Notes: generated from the letters alone by a model not told the origin. Numbered from the whole stretch's first letter, positions 48,975 through 62,801 are shown. The stretch is DNA of 63,907 nt, filler included, from Bigelowiella natans CCMP2755 (GCA_000320545.1; 4 parts of 4 records of this genome joined end to end with filler, not necessarily neighbours in it), one strand, 5' to 3'. Translations and numbers: made by a program.

Positions 48975-49401
48975 ATATTTATATCCATACTCCTCGAGGC
49001 CAAGAGGGCGCAAAACAGTTCTGCACGCATTCTACTACTAGAGTATTCGATTGTAGATGTTCGAGCGAGCCCATTCGTCATGAGTAACCCTCGATGAACT
49101 TATTTTCCAAAGGTCTGGGCGGGTTGGACTACCACTGCGATGGAAGCTTCTTGGCTGTGTCGAATCATCTGCTGTTGATGAAAGCCATTGGTTGAGAAGC
49201 ATGCCGAGATGCATCTAACTATCCATCGGGTTTTGACCACTTGGCTGTTCTTTGGTAGGCTATATCCTCAGTTCAAAAGGCATCAAACGGAGCGGGCGTT
49301 TAGTTTCACCTGAAAAGGATGGCAATGGGCACAGTGCCTCGCCAGCTTCGAGATCAGAGAATCCTTCAAGAAAACGAGCAAGATTGTTTCCCAGAGGATG
49401 A
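47625..49401 (+). CDS. Divergent inositol polyphosphate kinase (IPK/IP3K)-like protein
   Basis: Exons encoding MKVGLRVFAE (DxKxGxR-like) and HCDGSFLAVSNHL (EDGYLxGLxNL-like). Multiple GT-AG introns. Other motifs are weak. Confidence 0.4.
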
Positions 49402-49861
49402 GACGTGATGTTAGCAATCATGATGTGTCCGCCTGAAGCGATTGCATTAGTCTAGCGTAGTGTTCAGAAGAAATAGTAAAAAGATACACCATTGGATGTT
49501 GCCAGCATAACATGGCTAGATGGCGTTGTGCCCCTCTGCATTGAGCGTCCTCGGCATACAGCGCCTTAATAACTGCATACAAAAGGAGCTCACATTATAA
49601 TAATGACGTGTAATAACGGGCGTGGATGAAGGCAAGCTATATTTTTCCTATGTGCACGTATTTTTTGCTAGTTGCGTCGTATTTTGGTCGCGCATGCGCA
49701 TTCGATCAGAGCATGTAATGATGCTAATGCAAGCATTTGCTGCGACTTTGTTTGCCATCATTGGTTATGGGGAATTGGAGCAAGGGCGGGCATCGCAGCT
49801 ATGACAGCCACACGCATGAGCGTGAAACGCTAGAGAATCTCTGCTATCCGCTCCATCATTC

Positions 49862-49903
<42 letters not shown>

Positions 49904-50403
49904 GCCTGCCTACTAGCTGTGTGTGCATACATGTGCATGTGTGTGCATGTGTGTGAATTTGTGTGTGTGTGTGTGTGCATGCCATTGTAAATCTTTGATA
50001 GCTGCTGAGTTCGCAACAGTGACATGAAGGGGTTTGTTGACTTACTTATCGGTATATTGACATATTGACATACGTTATAATTTCTTCACACGTACGTTCG
50101 CTGCAATACTGACACGTATGAAGCAAGCCATGAGCATGTGCCTGCGCATGTCAGCGACATGATGAGAGCTCAACACTCTAATTAGCGCCGCGTGCTTAAT
50201 GCACACACAAATACGCGCACTCAATGACAATAGCGGATCTAGATCCAGTGGAAACATGATCTCTTCTTTGTCTGTGTCAGAGGCACCGCTAAGGCAGAGA
50301 GCATGATGAAAGCTCAACATTTGCGCTCATATCTACACGAATAGAATATGCACTTTATCGATAGCGATCCTAGACTCCAGCAAAAGCAGCAAGATCCATT
50401 TGC

Positions 50404-51479
50404 CTATCTGAGGCGCTGAGGCAGGGAGGCCTCGCCGAGGAAGAAATTCCCAAACATACCTTCGTCCTCGCTCTCCGTCCAGTCGTCCCCATCATCAGCA
50501 TAGTAGTCATAGTAGCCCCCGGTCCCGCCTCCTTTTTGTCGCATCATCATCTTATTTTGCCTGCGTTGATCCAATTCGGCTAGAATCTCAGCGTCCTCTT
50601 TCTGCGAGGTCCACTTGAGTATCGAGTGGTCAGCCCCAGCCGTGAATAGCTTTCACACCGCAGCAAATCAACACAGCAGCAGCAGTAGCAGTAGTAGAAA
50701 TAGTAGTAACGAGATGAGTGTGCAACCGCAAGAAAACATTCACAACATTTGGACAATAGACGTGCATGGTCGGTAGTCTACGAGTGAGCTTATGAGTGCG
50801 GCCTTCATGGTAGGCATTAGGATGAAGAACAGAGGCACGATACGGTCGGTATGTACTCCCCCCCACCTGCATTGTGCTCTTCCGGGGCTTAAAGACGCAG
50901 CATAGAGGCGGGTCGAAGTGGCCGGACAGCTTTTGCTTCATCACCCCGGTCTTCATGTCGTAGATTTTGATCTGAAAAGGAGATGCCATTATTTCATGCA
51001 CGTGTGTCCATGTACAGCACCCCATCCGCCCCCCCCCTCCCTACAAATATCGTATATTCATCAACAAGGATACGAATGATCTCGATTCTTCATTGATTCA
51101 TCTCAATCAGCATGGCTGACCCACCGAGCGTTTGTCTGGGTACGCTATGCAATCGTCGTGCGGCGATATCGCGAATTGCAGCATCTGCTTGGTTGGGGGC
51201 GGCAGATATACAGACGAAAACAACAACGGCAACTCACGACGACGGCATGCGGTCAATCATTCTCTGCTGCCTTGGTAAGAAATGAGAAACGGTCATGTCA
51301 GTCGGTAAGACAACTTGCCTTCGATGTGTTGGAAGTGAACTCATAGTGCACCATCATATTGGCTCCCCTGCCACACACCAAAACAGGAACAGTTAGCACG
51401 TGGGGCGATTATGTGGAGGCATCCTCTGGTGCTTGCATGCTGGCACGCTCGCGCTCACGTACACCCATGAAATACACAT

Positions 51480-51526
<47 letters not shown>

Positions 51527-52490
51527 CGAAAGAGATGTCATTTTTTGTTGTCTTCGCGTATTATTGTGTACGACTTGTCTGCATGCCATAGCCTCAGACG
51601 GCCATCCCTGCCGCTACTCACGACCCGTCTACCTACGAAAGGCCAGAAAGAATGCAGACAGAGCACAAACTAAATCAGATCAAAGACATGGGTGCGACCA
51701 CAGCTTGTGATGGATGTTGCGCCCAGCAAGCAGCAGGGCCTCTCCGGCCTCTCCTTCAATAACATAACTCTCATAGGTGTATATTATTTCATCCTCGCTC
51801 AAATCCCTCAGCCCCCACCCCCCACCCCCCAAAATCCACAAGGAAGAAGAAGAAGCAATCTTACCATCGGACGTATAGGCAAGGTGGGTGACGCCGCTCG
51901 CATGCGCGCTGGCGGTCGTCGCATATCTCTTCCTTTCCTGCATCAAAGTGCCCTCTTTGGCTTTGAGGGGAGGACGCGGCCGCCTCTTCCCAGCCCCGGA
52001 CGATCCACGCCTTCGTTTGCGCGACACCACTGGGAAGGATGCCCCCCCTTCAAAGGCTGGCGATCCGAACTTACTTGCTCCTCGGAGGAAGGGCGATATC
52101 GACGGGGGCGTGGCGCCAACAGGGGCGGCTGTTAGTGAAAGATGTGCAAATTGCTTTAGAAAAAATAACGACGTAGTCGCTCTTATCGTTCGTGTCTAAA
52201 TCTTCATGGATTTCCATGTGCTGTTTATGAGTTGGTGCTGACGGGTCTTCCAAGCTGATGCGTGCTGTCTAGCGCTGCTACTGCTATTGGTTTGGGGCAA
52301 GGGAGGCGAAGGGGAACTCACGAAGTTTCCATCGAGCGTCGTCGGGTCCTAGTTCTTGGTCAAAAATGCACGTGCAGGTGCGTAGATTCCGGATGTCCCA
52401 TGCTCTGATCGTGAGGTCGTTGCTGCCGCTAAGTAAAGTGAACGGCTCGGATGGAGACCATGCGATAGTATTCACGTTCGCCTTGAATGA
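50404..52490 (-). CDS. WD40 protein, ERCC8/CSA (Rad28)-like; 5' part in the gap
   Basis: VNTIAWSPSEPFTLLSGSNDLTIRAWDIR; AHASGVTHLAYTSDG; SSGRDGRLRLW; LSGHFDPPLCCVF; FTAGADHSILKW; acidic DDW tail. Confidence 0.65.
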
Positions 52491-52518
52491 CACATAAAAT
52501 TATTATTGTATGTGAGCT

Positions 52519-52563
<45 letters not shown>

Positions 52564-52595
52564 GTTGTTAGTTAGTTAAGTAATATAGTAATGTG

Positions 52596-52695
52596 NNNNN
52601 NNNNNNNNNNNNNNNNNNNNNNNNNNNNNNNNNNNNNNNTTAATTAATTAANNNNNNNNNNNNNNNNNNNNNNNNNNNNNNNNNNNNNNNNNNNN
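52596..52695. other. Assembly gap with TTAATTAATTAA spacer
   Basis: N-run, linker, N-run. Confidence 0.97.
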
Positions 52696-52733
<38 letters not shown>

Positions 52734-52924
52734 GCAGGCAGGGCCATTATTCACTTGGCCCATCCTCCTCCTCCCCTCCTCCTCCTCCTCCTTCCATGCC
52801 ATGCATGCGTCTTCTTCGGAACCCTAACTGGGGCCTTTTTGCCGCCCTTCCCCTTCGTTTCCATGTAGCCGGTTGCTCTATCTTCGTTAGTAGTATTCTT
52901 CCTCCTCTACTCTGCAAACTCTCA

Positions 52925-52962
52925 GAGCGTCAACAGATCGGGCATCTCCCGCCATTCCCCAC

Positions 52963-52997
<35 letters not shown>

Positions 52998-53686
52998 CAT
53001 ATATACAGGGCTTTGGAAATCCCTTCCCCGTGCCGCCTCTTGGAAGGTCTGACGCCTCGAAAAACGCAGGGTGGTGCGAGAGATGGGTGATGGGGAGGGG
53101 GTGAGAGGGGAGGGGGCACAGATTGGCCCGCATGCACTCATGAAGGAGGAGTCATCGTCGTTGTCGTCGTCGTGACCTTCTTTTTGAGTAAACATCGTTC
53201 CAGTCCCTTAACACACGTGTTTTTCGCGTTGGTGGGTCTCTTGCTGTTCGCTACTGGCCTACCCTTTCTCCTTCGTCGTGGTCTGCGCAGGAAGAAGATT
53301 GAATCAACCTCTGTCGCGGATCTTGCGAACACGCTCAAGTCTCTCGGTCGGTTACTGTGTTGCTTGAAACACAATAATCGCAACATAATGCCTCCTATGC
53401 TCGCGCGAAAGCTGCCATATCCACGATTCATTCCTCTCCCCCCCCCTTTCCAACACTTCCTTCGCTATCATCCCCGTTTTTACAGGCTTTGCTACGCGGG
53501 ATATCGCTGCTTTGAGCATCTGCTTTCCGGGTACATAAAAGAAACGAGAACTCTGCAGCAAATAGCACACTTATACACACACACGCACACGCAGATTTAT
53601 TCACATCCACATCCACATCCACATCCACATCCACATCCACGCAAATAGATATAGATATAGGATATAATGTACATATGTAATATGTA

Positions 53687-53721
<35 letters not shown>

Positions 53722-53757
53722 TGGTTGGAAAAACTAACACCACCACCACAACAATCG

Positions 53758-53791
<34 letters not shown>

Positions 53792-54170
53792 ATTCCATGC
53801 ATCATCCCTATTCTCCAGGCTCAGAGGACTTGGCGAATGTCGAAGCTGCGCTATCCGAGTGATAACAACACAACAACGCAAACAATGCAATGCAATCAAT
53901 CACCGCGCGCACACACGCATGCACACCCCCATCCACGTATAGGAATGCTGCGGATTTTATAGTCGAGATTCGTTGTTGGGTTCATTTTCCATTGAGTTAT
54001 TATATATGTTGGCTGTTTCTGCGCTCTTTTGCTGCTGTTGTTTTTGTTGTTTTGTCGTTGATGTCGGGTCTTCGTCGTCTAGTTACGATCCGAAAGTAGC
54101 AGGAGCGATCAAGTAATGAGAATGCAACATACGACAATAAAACACACAATCATATATATATATATATTTC

Positions 54171-54217
<47 letters not shown>

Positions 54218-54338
54218 ACCCACAATTATCTTGTATTTTCTTGTCATGTATAAAAGCATTGCACTAAATACATATGATGTAGGTCGGCCCAGCAGTCTCG
54301 CAGGACAGTGACGCAAAACTCCTATCAGGTAGTTGGGA

Positions 54339-54370
<32 letters not shown>

Positions 54371-54880
54371 AATGATGATGATGATAATGATGACTAAGGG
54401 CCTCCATAATGCGTATAATAAGGATGCTGTCAAATGATGTTATTTATATCGTACTCACACACACACACACACTCACTCACACTCACACTCACACAAACGC
54501 AAGCATAAACATGTGTGTGTGTGTGTGTGTGTATTGCTAGATTGCCCTGACCCCCCCCCTCCCCTTCGACCCTCTTCATCTTCCACCACCACCACCACCA
54601 CCACCACATCTCCAATCATCCACGCATACTAGGTAAATGTCGGCGAGGCATATAATAAACTAGTGACGTTCGGACAGCCAGCAGTAAATCCACTGGCCTA
54701 CTACTACCCCGCCCCCAAGTTTGATATCTCCAAAGTCAAGCTCTAGAGCAGAATCTAGAGAATCTTCAGATCTATTCCCGACGTATAACCGCATCAATCT
54801 AGCGATAGGAACAAGCATGGGCGGTGGAAGGAGAGCCACCGCCGTAAAGAGGGAAGGTATGACGGACTTGCTGTTAGCTT
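52925..54880 (+). CDS. 3' part of an unknown multi-exon gene
   Basis: Short plus-strand ag|..|gt exons between microsatellite introns (e.g. KKIESTSVADLANTLK at ~53291; SEDLANVEAALS at ~53820; VGPAVSQDSDAKLL at ~54283). Confidence 0.4.
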
Positions 54881-55315
54881 GCACGGTTGGGCAAGCTATC
54901 GAAACGCATATCTGGATATATTACAATGCATAATTAAGCGTTGCGGACGCATGCCTTACCAGCTTAGCTGCGACGTTTCGGCCGATTTCGTTGTAGTATA
55001 CCCACGTACGCAGCAGCTACGAAGATGTCTGAATCACAAGTGAATCGTGCCATGCGCTCTTGGTAGCTTGCTGCTACGTTTAGACATCTAGACATTGAGC
55101 ATGAACAGATGGAGGGATTCTCCTGCGCACGTCTGGATTTGTAGAGATTGCATGCTAGCATGCATCGCACATCGTGCAACAAGACTTGCACTGTTGGAAT
55201 GTCGGGACAAAAGCGCACTGCCTGCACCATTTGCACGACAGTTTGAACATGTGCTGGCGCCTTTCAGATCGATTCAATTTGATGGTGGCGATGACGACTG
55301 CAAGTGAAGATGGCA

Positions 55316-57977
55316 TCAATGAAGACTAGCCTCTAGCTGGACGTCGCTGTTGCACGCAGCATCGATTTCACTCGTTCTGTCTTCACTTGTAGATGTTGTC
55401 GCCTGATTTCAGTCTCATCTTCACCACAGTTGACGCCAAAACAAGCGGGCAATGTTCGTAGCGCGTACATTCTCGCAAGCTACCAACAGCTGAAATGCCA
55501 TCTCAGGTGGTCGACACTGATCCGATCTGAGCGGTAGTCTTAATGAATGATGTTGGCTAAGTTGTCAACTAGCCTTGAGCTGCGCCTTCATGTAGCCTTG
55601 GTCAGCAGCCCTGGCATACCTGTGCAAGAATGAATGATAGTTAAACTAGGAGGAAGTTATGCGATGATGATGAAAGCAGTAAAAGTGGTGTATCTGAGCG
55701 GAAACGTGACTTTAAAAGCAGTTAAAGCAAGGTTGCAGAGCGGCGGAGAACTGGTCGAATCTACATGGCATCACTACTTCCATGACCCGCCTCTAACTGT
55801 TACTAATTCAACACTCACCACTTCTCTGCCTCTTTGCTGCTCTTTTCGACTCCCATCCCGTTTTCGTACAACACTCCTGAAAGGGAATGGGTGATTAGTC
55901 GGATGGTTTCTAGTGCCGAACGATAGGAGGGGGGGGGGGGGGGGAAGAGAAGTGGACGGGATTCACACACACACACACACACACATCATCATCATCATCA
56001 TCATCATCATACTTTACATCATTGATTGAAAAAACATGAAGGCTGGCGTCTGTGATGGCAGCATAGCTAACTTAAATTTAGAATACACACCTAAATTGAA
56101 CTGTGCGCCAACGTGTCCAAGTTCTGCCGCCTTCAGATACCTATTCGTGCACACCCCACGGCATCAAAGGAGGGTCGTTTCAATGCGACCGACAACACAG
56201 AGCAAGAGAAGGAAAAGCTGTAGTCGTAGTAGTTGTAGGATGAAAAGAGTACCCTTCCAGTGCTTTCTTCGCATCCTTCTCCACGCCCAGCCCCTCGTCG
56301 TAGGCGAATGCGACTCCGAAGATGCCGTCGATGTTCTCCAGAACGGACGCTCTGAGCACAGAGTTGAAGAGAGGAGGAGGAAAAGAAGACGAAGAAGCAG
56401 CAGAAGCAGAGGCAGTAGACCCATCATGAATGAAGTCGTAGACGAAGTCTTAGCGCACTTCCAGAGAGAATGAAAGCTCAAGATGCATCTCTCGCTGTTT
56501 TTGGACATCGGCCGAAGCAAGCTGCATCAATCACCTTTGGTACCACGACATCGATCGCTTTAGGTCTCGCTCCACCCCTCTCCCTTTCATATAGTAAAGC
56601 CCCAGCATCACTTGCGCAGAGCTGTTGCCAGCGTCGGCTGCCTATGCATAGAGGGGGGAAAGGAGTGTTTTTAGTGAGGCATATGAAGAGGTTGGAAGCC
56701 AGGTTGGACATCGACATCGATGACGGAGTCGTTACAGGAATGACGATGTCCATCTTTACCCGACAAGCAAATGACCTTTTGGAAGCACTGGGCGGCCTAT
56801 TTATGTAGCAATATATAGCACCAGCAGCAGAAGTATCATACCACGAGCCATGATATATCATGAGACGTAGCATCATAACAACAGCAAACCACCTTGCCGT
56901 GGTCCTTGACGACACCAATGCCATCATCGTAGCAAATGCCTAATATTTCCCATGAATTAGGTGATCGTTCAGGATGGATGCTGGCACCACAATGTCGTCG
57001 TCGTCGTCCAATTTCAGTTTCAATTTGTTGTTGTTGTTGTTGTTGTTCTTCTTCTTCTTCTTCTTCTTCTTCTATTCACCCAGGTTGAAGGTTCCGACGA
57101 GGTCGCCACGATGAGCTGCCTTTCGAAACCAACCCACTGCTTTCTTGTAGTTCTTGACCACTCCAGATCCGTACAAATATGCCCGCCCTTTGGAAATGTC
57201 GATGAGCAATTATCAGTCAGAAAGGAGGTCAAAATAGGAGCAGATCTGTTTGACTTTTGACTTTTGCGACGATGCTATACCTAGCATGACAGCAGCGGTG
57301 CAATCGCCTTCCGCTGCACATCTCCGGCAGATTTCCAGCGCCTTTTCAAAGTTCCTCTCCGTACCCCAGCCTTGATACGCGCACTGCGCGATGGCGACCT
57401 CATCGCCTGGCAGGAGATACGATGTATATGTTTAACATTTGTAGATGTACATCGATCGGTGGCAAGATTTAGAACCCTCCAATTCGGAAAATTAGAAGCG
57501 AGGGAGTGTGATAGCTTCGAACCAAGTTCAGCTGCTTCAATGCAGAGCTTCTTCGCCCTCGCCCTGTCCTTTGCCACGCTGATGCCGTAGAAGTGGGCAA
57601 TGGCCTCAGACCTGAGTTTTCCTGCTCGGTCAAAATGTAGACGGGTTTAATAGTGACAGTCCTTCGATGTATTAATGACAAGAGCGTAGGCAAAGGAGAG
57701 GAGGACAAATGGTAGCCGGGTACCCTTTGTCGCCGCAGCTCCGGTTTTCTTGTTTTCAGCCATCGGATGAGTCCGTGCGGGTTGAGATGGGTCAATTTAC
57801 CGGTGGGGGGAAGGGGATGCGTTGTTGGGTGGGAATATGATCAACTGTCGGATGTTCGGCCGCCCAGTGGCTCAGGGGATTTCCTCCTCTGCTCGCTTTC
57901 CGCGATGCCGTCGCAGCGTCGAGCGCAGGGCGTTTCGATGCGAAATGGCGTCGACAACTCGGATGTTCTGCGCCCAT
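55316..57977 (-). CDS. Sel1-like repeat (SLR/TPR) protein
   Basis: Exons AYLYGSGVVKNYKKAVGWFRKAAHRG, AADAGNSSAQVMLGLYYMKGRGVERD, YLKAAELGHVGAQFNLGVLYENGMGVEK and YARAADQG. Both ends are approximate. Confidence 0.85.
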
Positions 57978-58565
57978 CCACAGTCCTGCGATTCCCGAAT
58001 AGCAGAGCCAGGTGACGAAACGGAGAAATTTTGGCCGCCGACAGACAGGTGCTGCTCTTGGTTGACGGGTCTCCTTCCAACGGCCGGATGCACACTAGCT
58101 GCTGCGTGAGTAGCCGACTTGCGAGCACGCTCTGCTTTGAGCCGAGATGTGAGACTTCTCGAGAGACAGTCTGGAGACTGCATCTCGATATTTTCCGGAG
58201 ACCCGATGTTGAGGAGCTCCAGATAATCTCTGGGAGAAAAGGAATCCGTTTCTCCACAGCGACAATAATTCGTTTGGGGGAGATACTGAAGGATTCGTCG
58301 ATTCAGCGGTGGCGACGCCGCGATCTACTGTCGACCGTAGGATATCTTCCCGTGTAGAAAAGGCACTCTCCTGGTCGTTTGTTTTGGATTCGTTTTGACC
58401 GAGAATGAACTTGAGAGAATAGGTTGATTACCTTTACGTTATTTTTCGTATAAATTTTGGACTGCGCTATTTGTTCCGGGGAAGAAATTATTCTCCGCAG
58501 CACGCTCGCGGATCGCATCCCTCCGCCTCCCCTTCCCCTTCCCCCCCATTCGGTTATAAGCAACT

Positions 58566-60991
58566 ATGAAAAGGTCATTCGACCAAGCCAATTTTGGCCA
58601 GCCATCCAGCTTCCGGCCTGGGGACTGGATGTGCACCCAATGCGGGGCGCACAACTACGCCAGCAAGAGCCTCTGCTTTCGTTGCGGTGCGCTTCCCGCA
58701 ACTCTTCCCACGTCTCTTCCTACGATGACAGCCACAGGTTCGGGATTTTCCCTAGGCAAAAATACACTCTTGAGCAATTGAAGGCGAATCGGATCGAATT
58801 CTCATCCTCTTTGGAAGATTCATTAGAAAACTGACTCAGCTGCTGTTTTCGTGTGCGAAAGTTCCTCTGTTCCCCCTGTTTTTCTATTCCTTGCTTGGAA
58901 TCTCTTTCCTTTCCTTTCATTCTCTTGCCCCATTTTCCCCATGCTCCCGCACCTTATCATAACCCGTTGAGTGAGAGCTAGCACACTATTCCTTTTTAAA
59001 GGTGGAGGCCTGGATTTCAAGCAATCTGCTGCTGCAAACATGCAGCAGATGCAACAGTTCCAAACCCTCGCCCTACTGCAGGTAGTAGCTCTGCCGTCAC
59101 TACAACTCGAATCGCTACTGAGGGCGTTGTCTCCGTCCTTTTCCCTCTTCCACTTCCCCTCCCCCCCCCCCTCGCTCAGAACATGTCGGGAATGGGCTCG
59201 ATGGGAGCTTTCGGAGGCATGCAGATGCAGGCAAACTATGGTGCTGCTGCTGTCACCCCAGGGATGGGGATGATGGCTAATTATGGCAACTACGGACAAG
59301 CTATGCATGGTGGGCACGGAGGAGGAGGAATGGGCGTGCGACAACACGGCCAATACACTTCCTCTGGTCAGCAAAGGGGAATTCAAAGTTACGGCAACAA
59401 GGACATGAGGCCGGGGGACTGGATGTGTAAAGCAAGCACACACACACACACACACACACACATACCATAGGATGAAGTGAATGAATCAGCATAATCAACG
59501 AACGGAATATGTAGATCGATGAATGACGCACGGTTTTTTTTTTCTCCCCTAGGTTTTTTGTGTTTATTTAATTTTTTCTTTTAAGATGGGTATGACATTA
59601 TTTTTGTGGGCTTCTTTCTCCCCTTCTTTCTCTTTTAATCAGGTATGTTCTGTAAAGCTCACAACTACCGGTACAGTACACAATCGACAACCCAGAAATA
59701 CCGCTTAGACATCATAGAATTCCGCCATTTGCTCTCCAAGAAAGAGCTTGCACTCGGCGCAGCAGCCAAAATAAGCAACTTTTCACATTCAACAGCACAT
59801 CAAGAAGAATTATATTTATCAAAGAGAAAGGGATATGGCGGTGGTGAGTGGGGCGAGCGAGTGAACGAGTGAGAGGCGGAGGCTCGTTTGTGGGCTGCTG
59901 GTGTTGCTCTGTGAGCGGGTTAAGTGGTGGTGATGGTTGTGGTTGTGGTTGTGGTTGATGGTTGTGGTTGTGGTTGCGGTTGTGGTTGTGGTTGCGACAG
60001 CGATAAGGTGGTGTGCTTCAAATGCAAGGGGCCTAATGTAGCACAAATGCTACAAGAACACGTAATGATAGGAATTATAGTAATATGTAAGAATAGTAAT
60101 AATTACGAGACGGTATACGATGGTACGGATGGGCGAGCGGTGGGTGAGTGATGAGCGAGCTATGTGTGAGTTGAACGTTGGTGTCGGGGGGAGAGCTGGT
60201 GGTGGTGGCTGTGGGCATTGCGTGCTCTACACACAGCATAATGATATATCATTGCGCAGCCCTTTTCTTTGTTATTGTCATTCTTCTATGATGCACTATT
60301 TACCAACGCACATATATACCGCCAGGGCATCTTCATCGACGTCGCGAAATTCCGGGCTGGGGACTGGTTGTGTATCTCATGCAAGGTGGGAGTGTCGCAG
60401 ATGGAAGGAGGGCAGAGGCGTGGGGGGGGTGGGGGGGGGGGGGATACTTGAGGAGAGGATGGTGATGATGATGACGGTGACTACATTATTGACAGTGGTG
60501 ATGATGGTAGCGGCACTTTCCGTCGTTCCCAATTGTCTGCAAAGATGTAGAATACGCACAGCAGGGAGCAAAATCAGCATTGTCATCCTTACTGCCATCT
60601 TTTGTCGCGGCACGCCCTCCCCTCTCCTCCTCCTCCTCCTCCTCCTCCTCCTCCTCTAGGCTCACAACTACGCTTCTAAGCACAGTTGTTACAAGTGCTC
60701 TGCTGCCAAGCCCCAGTCGGAGAATACAGGCAAGATTGAAGGCGCGGCAGAGGTGAGTGAGTGATGGTGCTGGAGATTATTGAAGATTTTCTCACAGCGG
60801 AGCAAAACTTTTTTTATAAAAAAAAAAACAGAAAACGGACAGTAAGAGCTGAAATTGTGAAACAGCATGGAATTTGCTCTTCCCCTCCCCCCCCCCCGCG
60901 CCGTTGAGCTCTTACACGCTCTAGTGATATTGCATTGCATCGATCGACTATTAAGCACGTGATTTAAATATCGTGGTTGCACCCTTTTTCG

Positions 60992-61025
<34 letters not shown>

Positions 61026-62280
61026 ATCTGTTTATGGGGGAAAATCAACTGGGGAAAAACGGGGGATGAGGAAAACATTTTTAAGGGGAATACCCCGGGG
61101 GGGGGGGGGGGGTAGTAGTCCTTTTTTTGGGAGAGGGGGGCTCCTTCTTTTCCCCCCCCCCCCCCCCCCCTTTCCCCTCTCTCCTGCCTTCCCCATCACT
61201 TTGTTATGAGTCTTATCCCATGGTACTGCACACCGCTGATCCTTCTCCTCCCCCCACTAACCGCGCAGCTGCCTGAGAATTTCCGGCCTGGGGACTGGAT
61301 CTGCCCTGGATGTAACGGACACAACTACCACTCCAAGACGTTTTGCTTTCGATGCAACCTGGCCAAGCCTGCAAAGTAAGAAATGCTTATCTGCGGGGCT
61401 GTAGTGGTGGCGGCGACGGTGGTGGTGGTGAAAGTTACCCATCCCCTTCGCTCGATAAGTGCTATTGTTTCCTCCCCCTTTTAACATATCAGCGCTGAAG
61501 AGAACGCCTTGAAGTTGTCAGGGGGCAAGCCACCAGGATTTCGCCAGGTCGTTAGTAAGTAGTGTGGTAGAGTGTGTTATATCCGGCGTGAGGGTTGGCG
61601 AGGGGGGGCAGATGAAAATGAAAATGAAAGTGATGGTGATGATGATGATTAGTAATAATGATGATGAGATCGGGAAGAGGAGGAGGAGGAGGAGGAGGCG
61701 GCGGCTTTTACATTATCCTTCGTTTATTGTTCTTTGTGCTTGTGGCTGCTATTGCTTCCCCCACGACAGGGAGATTGGATGTGTTCGAGTTGCAATGCGC
61801 ACAATTATGCGAGCAAGGTCGGGGGACAGAGAGGAAAGAGAGGGAGGGGTGGGGGGGGGTTATAGATATTGCCATCGTCACTATCATCACATCGTCAAAA
61901 TATGGAGACATGAAGAATCAACCTTATCGATCGGTTATTAGTTATATTCATTCACACACTCTTTCTTCTAATTTTTGACCCCTTCCCCCTCCTCCTCCTC
62001 CTCCTCCTCACCCTTATCCCGCTGCTGGTAGAGTGTTTGCTACAAATGTGGAGCTTCCAAAGAAGAGCCCCTGCCAGGGCCATCCGGCCCCCCCCCGGGA
62101 CATCAGCAGTACAAAAACGATGCGAAATCGTCGGTGCAACCTCCTGCTTCTTCCGCGCCCTCTTCCTCCTCCTCCTCCTCCTCCTCCTCCTCCTCCCCCC
62201 TCTCCTCTCCTGTTCTCACGGTGAAGGAGGACACCAGAGCTGCTGGAGAAGCAGCTGCCGACTTCATTATTGATGAGTGA
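58566..62280 (+). CDS. Protein with five RanBP2-type zinc fingers (probable ssRNA-binding)
   Basis: Five (F/M)R.GDW.C..C..HNY..K..C..C units at ~58610, 59405-60030, 60350-60700, 61280 and 61540-62050. Gly/Met/Gln-rich linker. Confidence 0.88.
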
Positions 62281-62695
62281 GTGTATGAATGTATGTATGT
62301 ATGTATGTAGTGGAGTGCTGTGGAGGGGGGAGGAGGGAGGGGGGAGAGGGGATTGTGATGATGATAATGATGATGATGATGATGATGATTGTAATGATGA
62401 TTGTGATGGTGCGCGAATCCCCCCCCCCTTCATCTTCCCGTCCTCCTCCTCTACTCTTTTCTTCATTCTCTGCCCATGCATCGTCATCATATGGGTCTTG
62501 ATCGATCTTTCCATATCATCATCATCTGATCGCAGCCATGGCCTTGTTATTTAGGGCGGATAAGGCCATTGCTGCTACTGGCCGATTCACCATTGCCTTC
62601 TCTGGTTAGTAGTTTTGAGTGAGAATCGCCATGTTTGTATTCGCAATTTCAGGAATACCAATTTTATCTTGTGATGTCCACCCTGAGGAGGAGAG

Positions 62696-62730
<35 letters not shown>

Positions 62731-62801
62731 CCATCAGCGTTAAATTCGTTCCTGCCGTCGCCCATCATAAGCATTTTCTTTCTCCCCCCCCCCCCCCCCC
62801 A

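Noticed and set aside
59924-59995. (GGTTGT)n as an interstitial telomere
   Set aside because: An imperfect intronic hexamer microsatellite, not TTAGGG-type. Similar to (ACATCC)n at ~53602.
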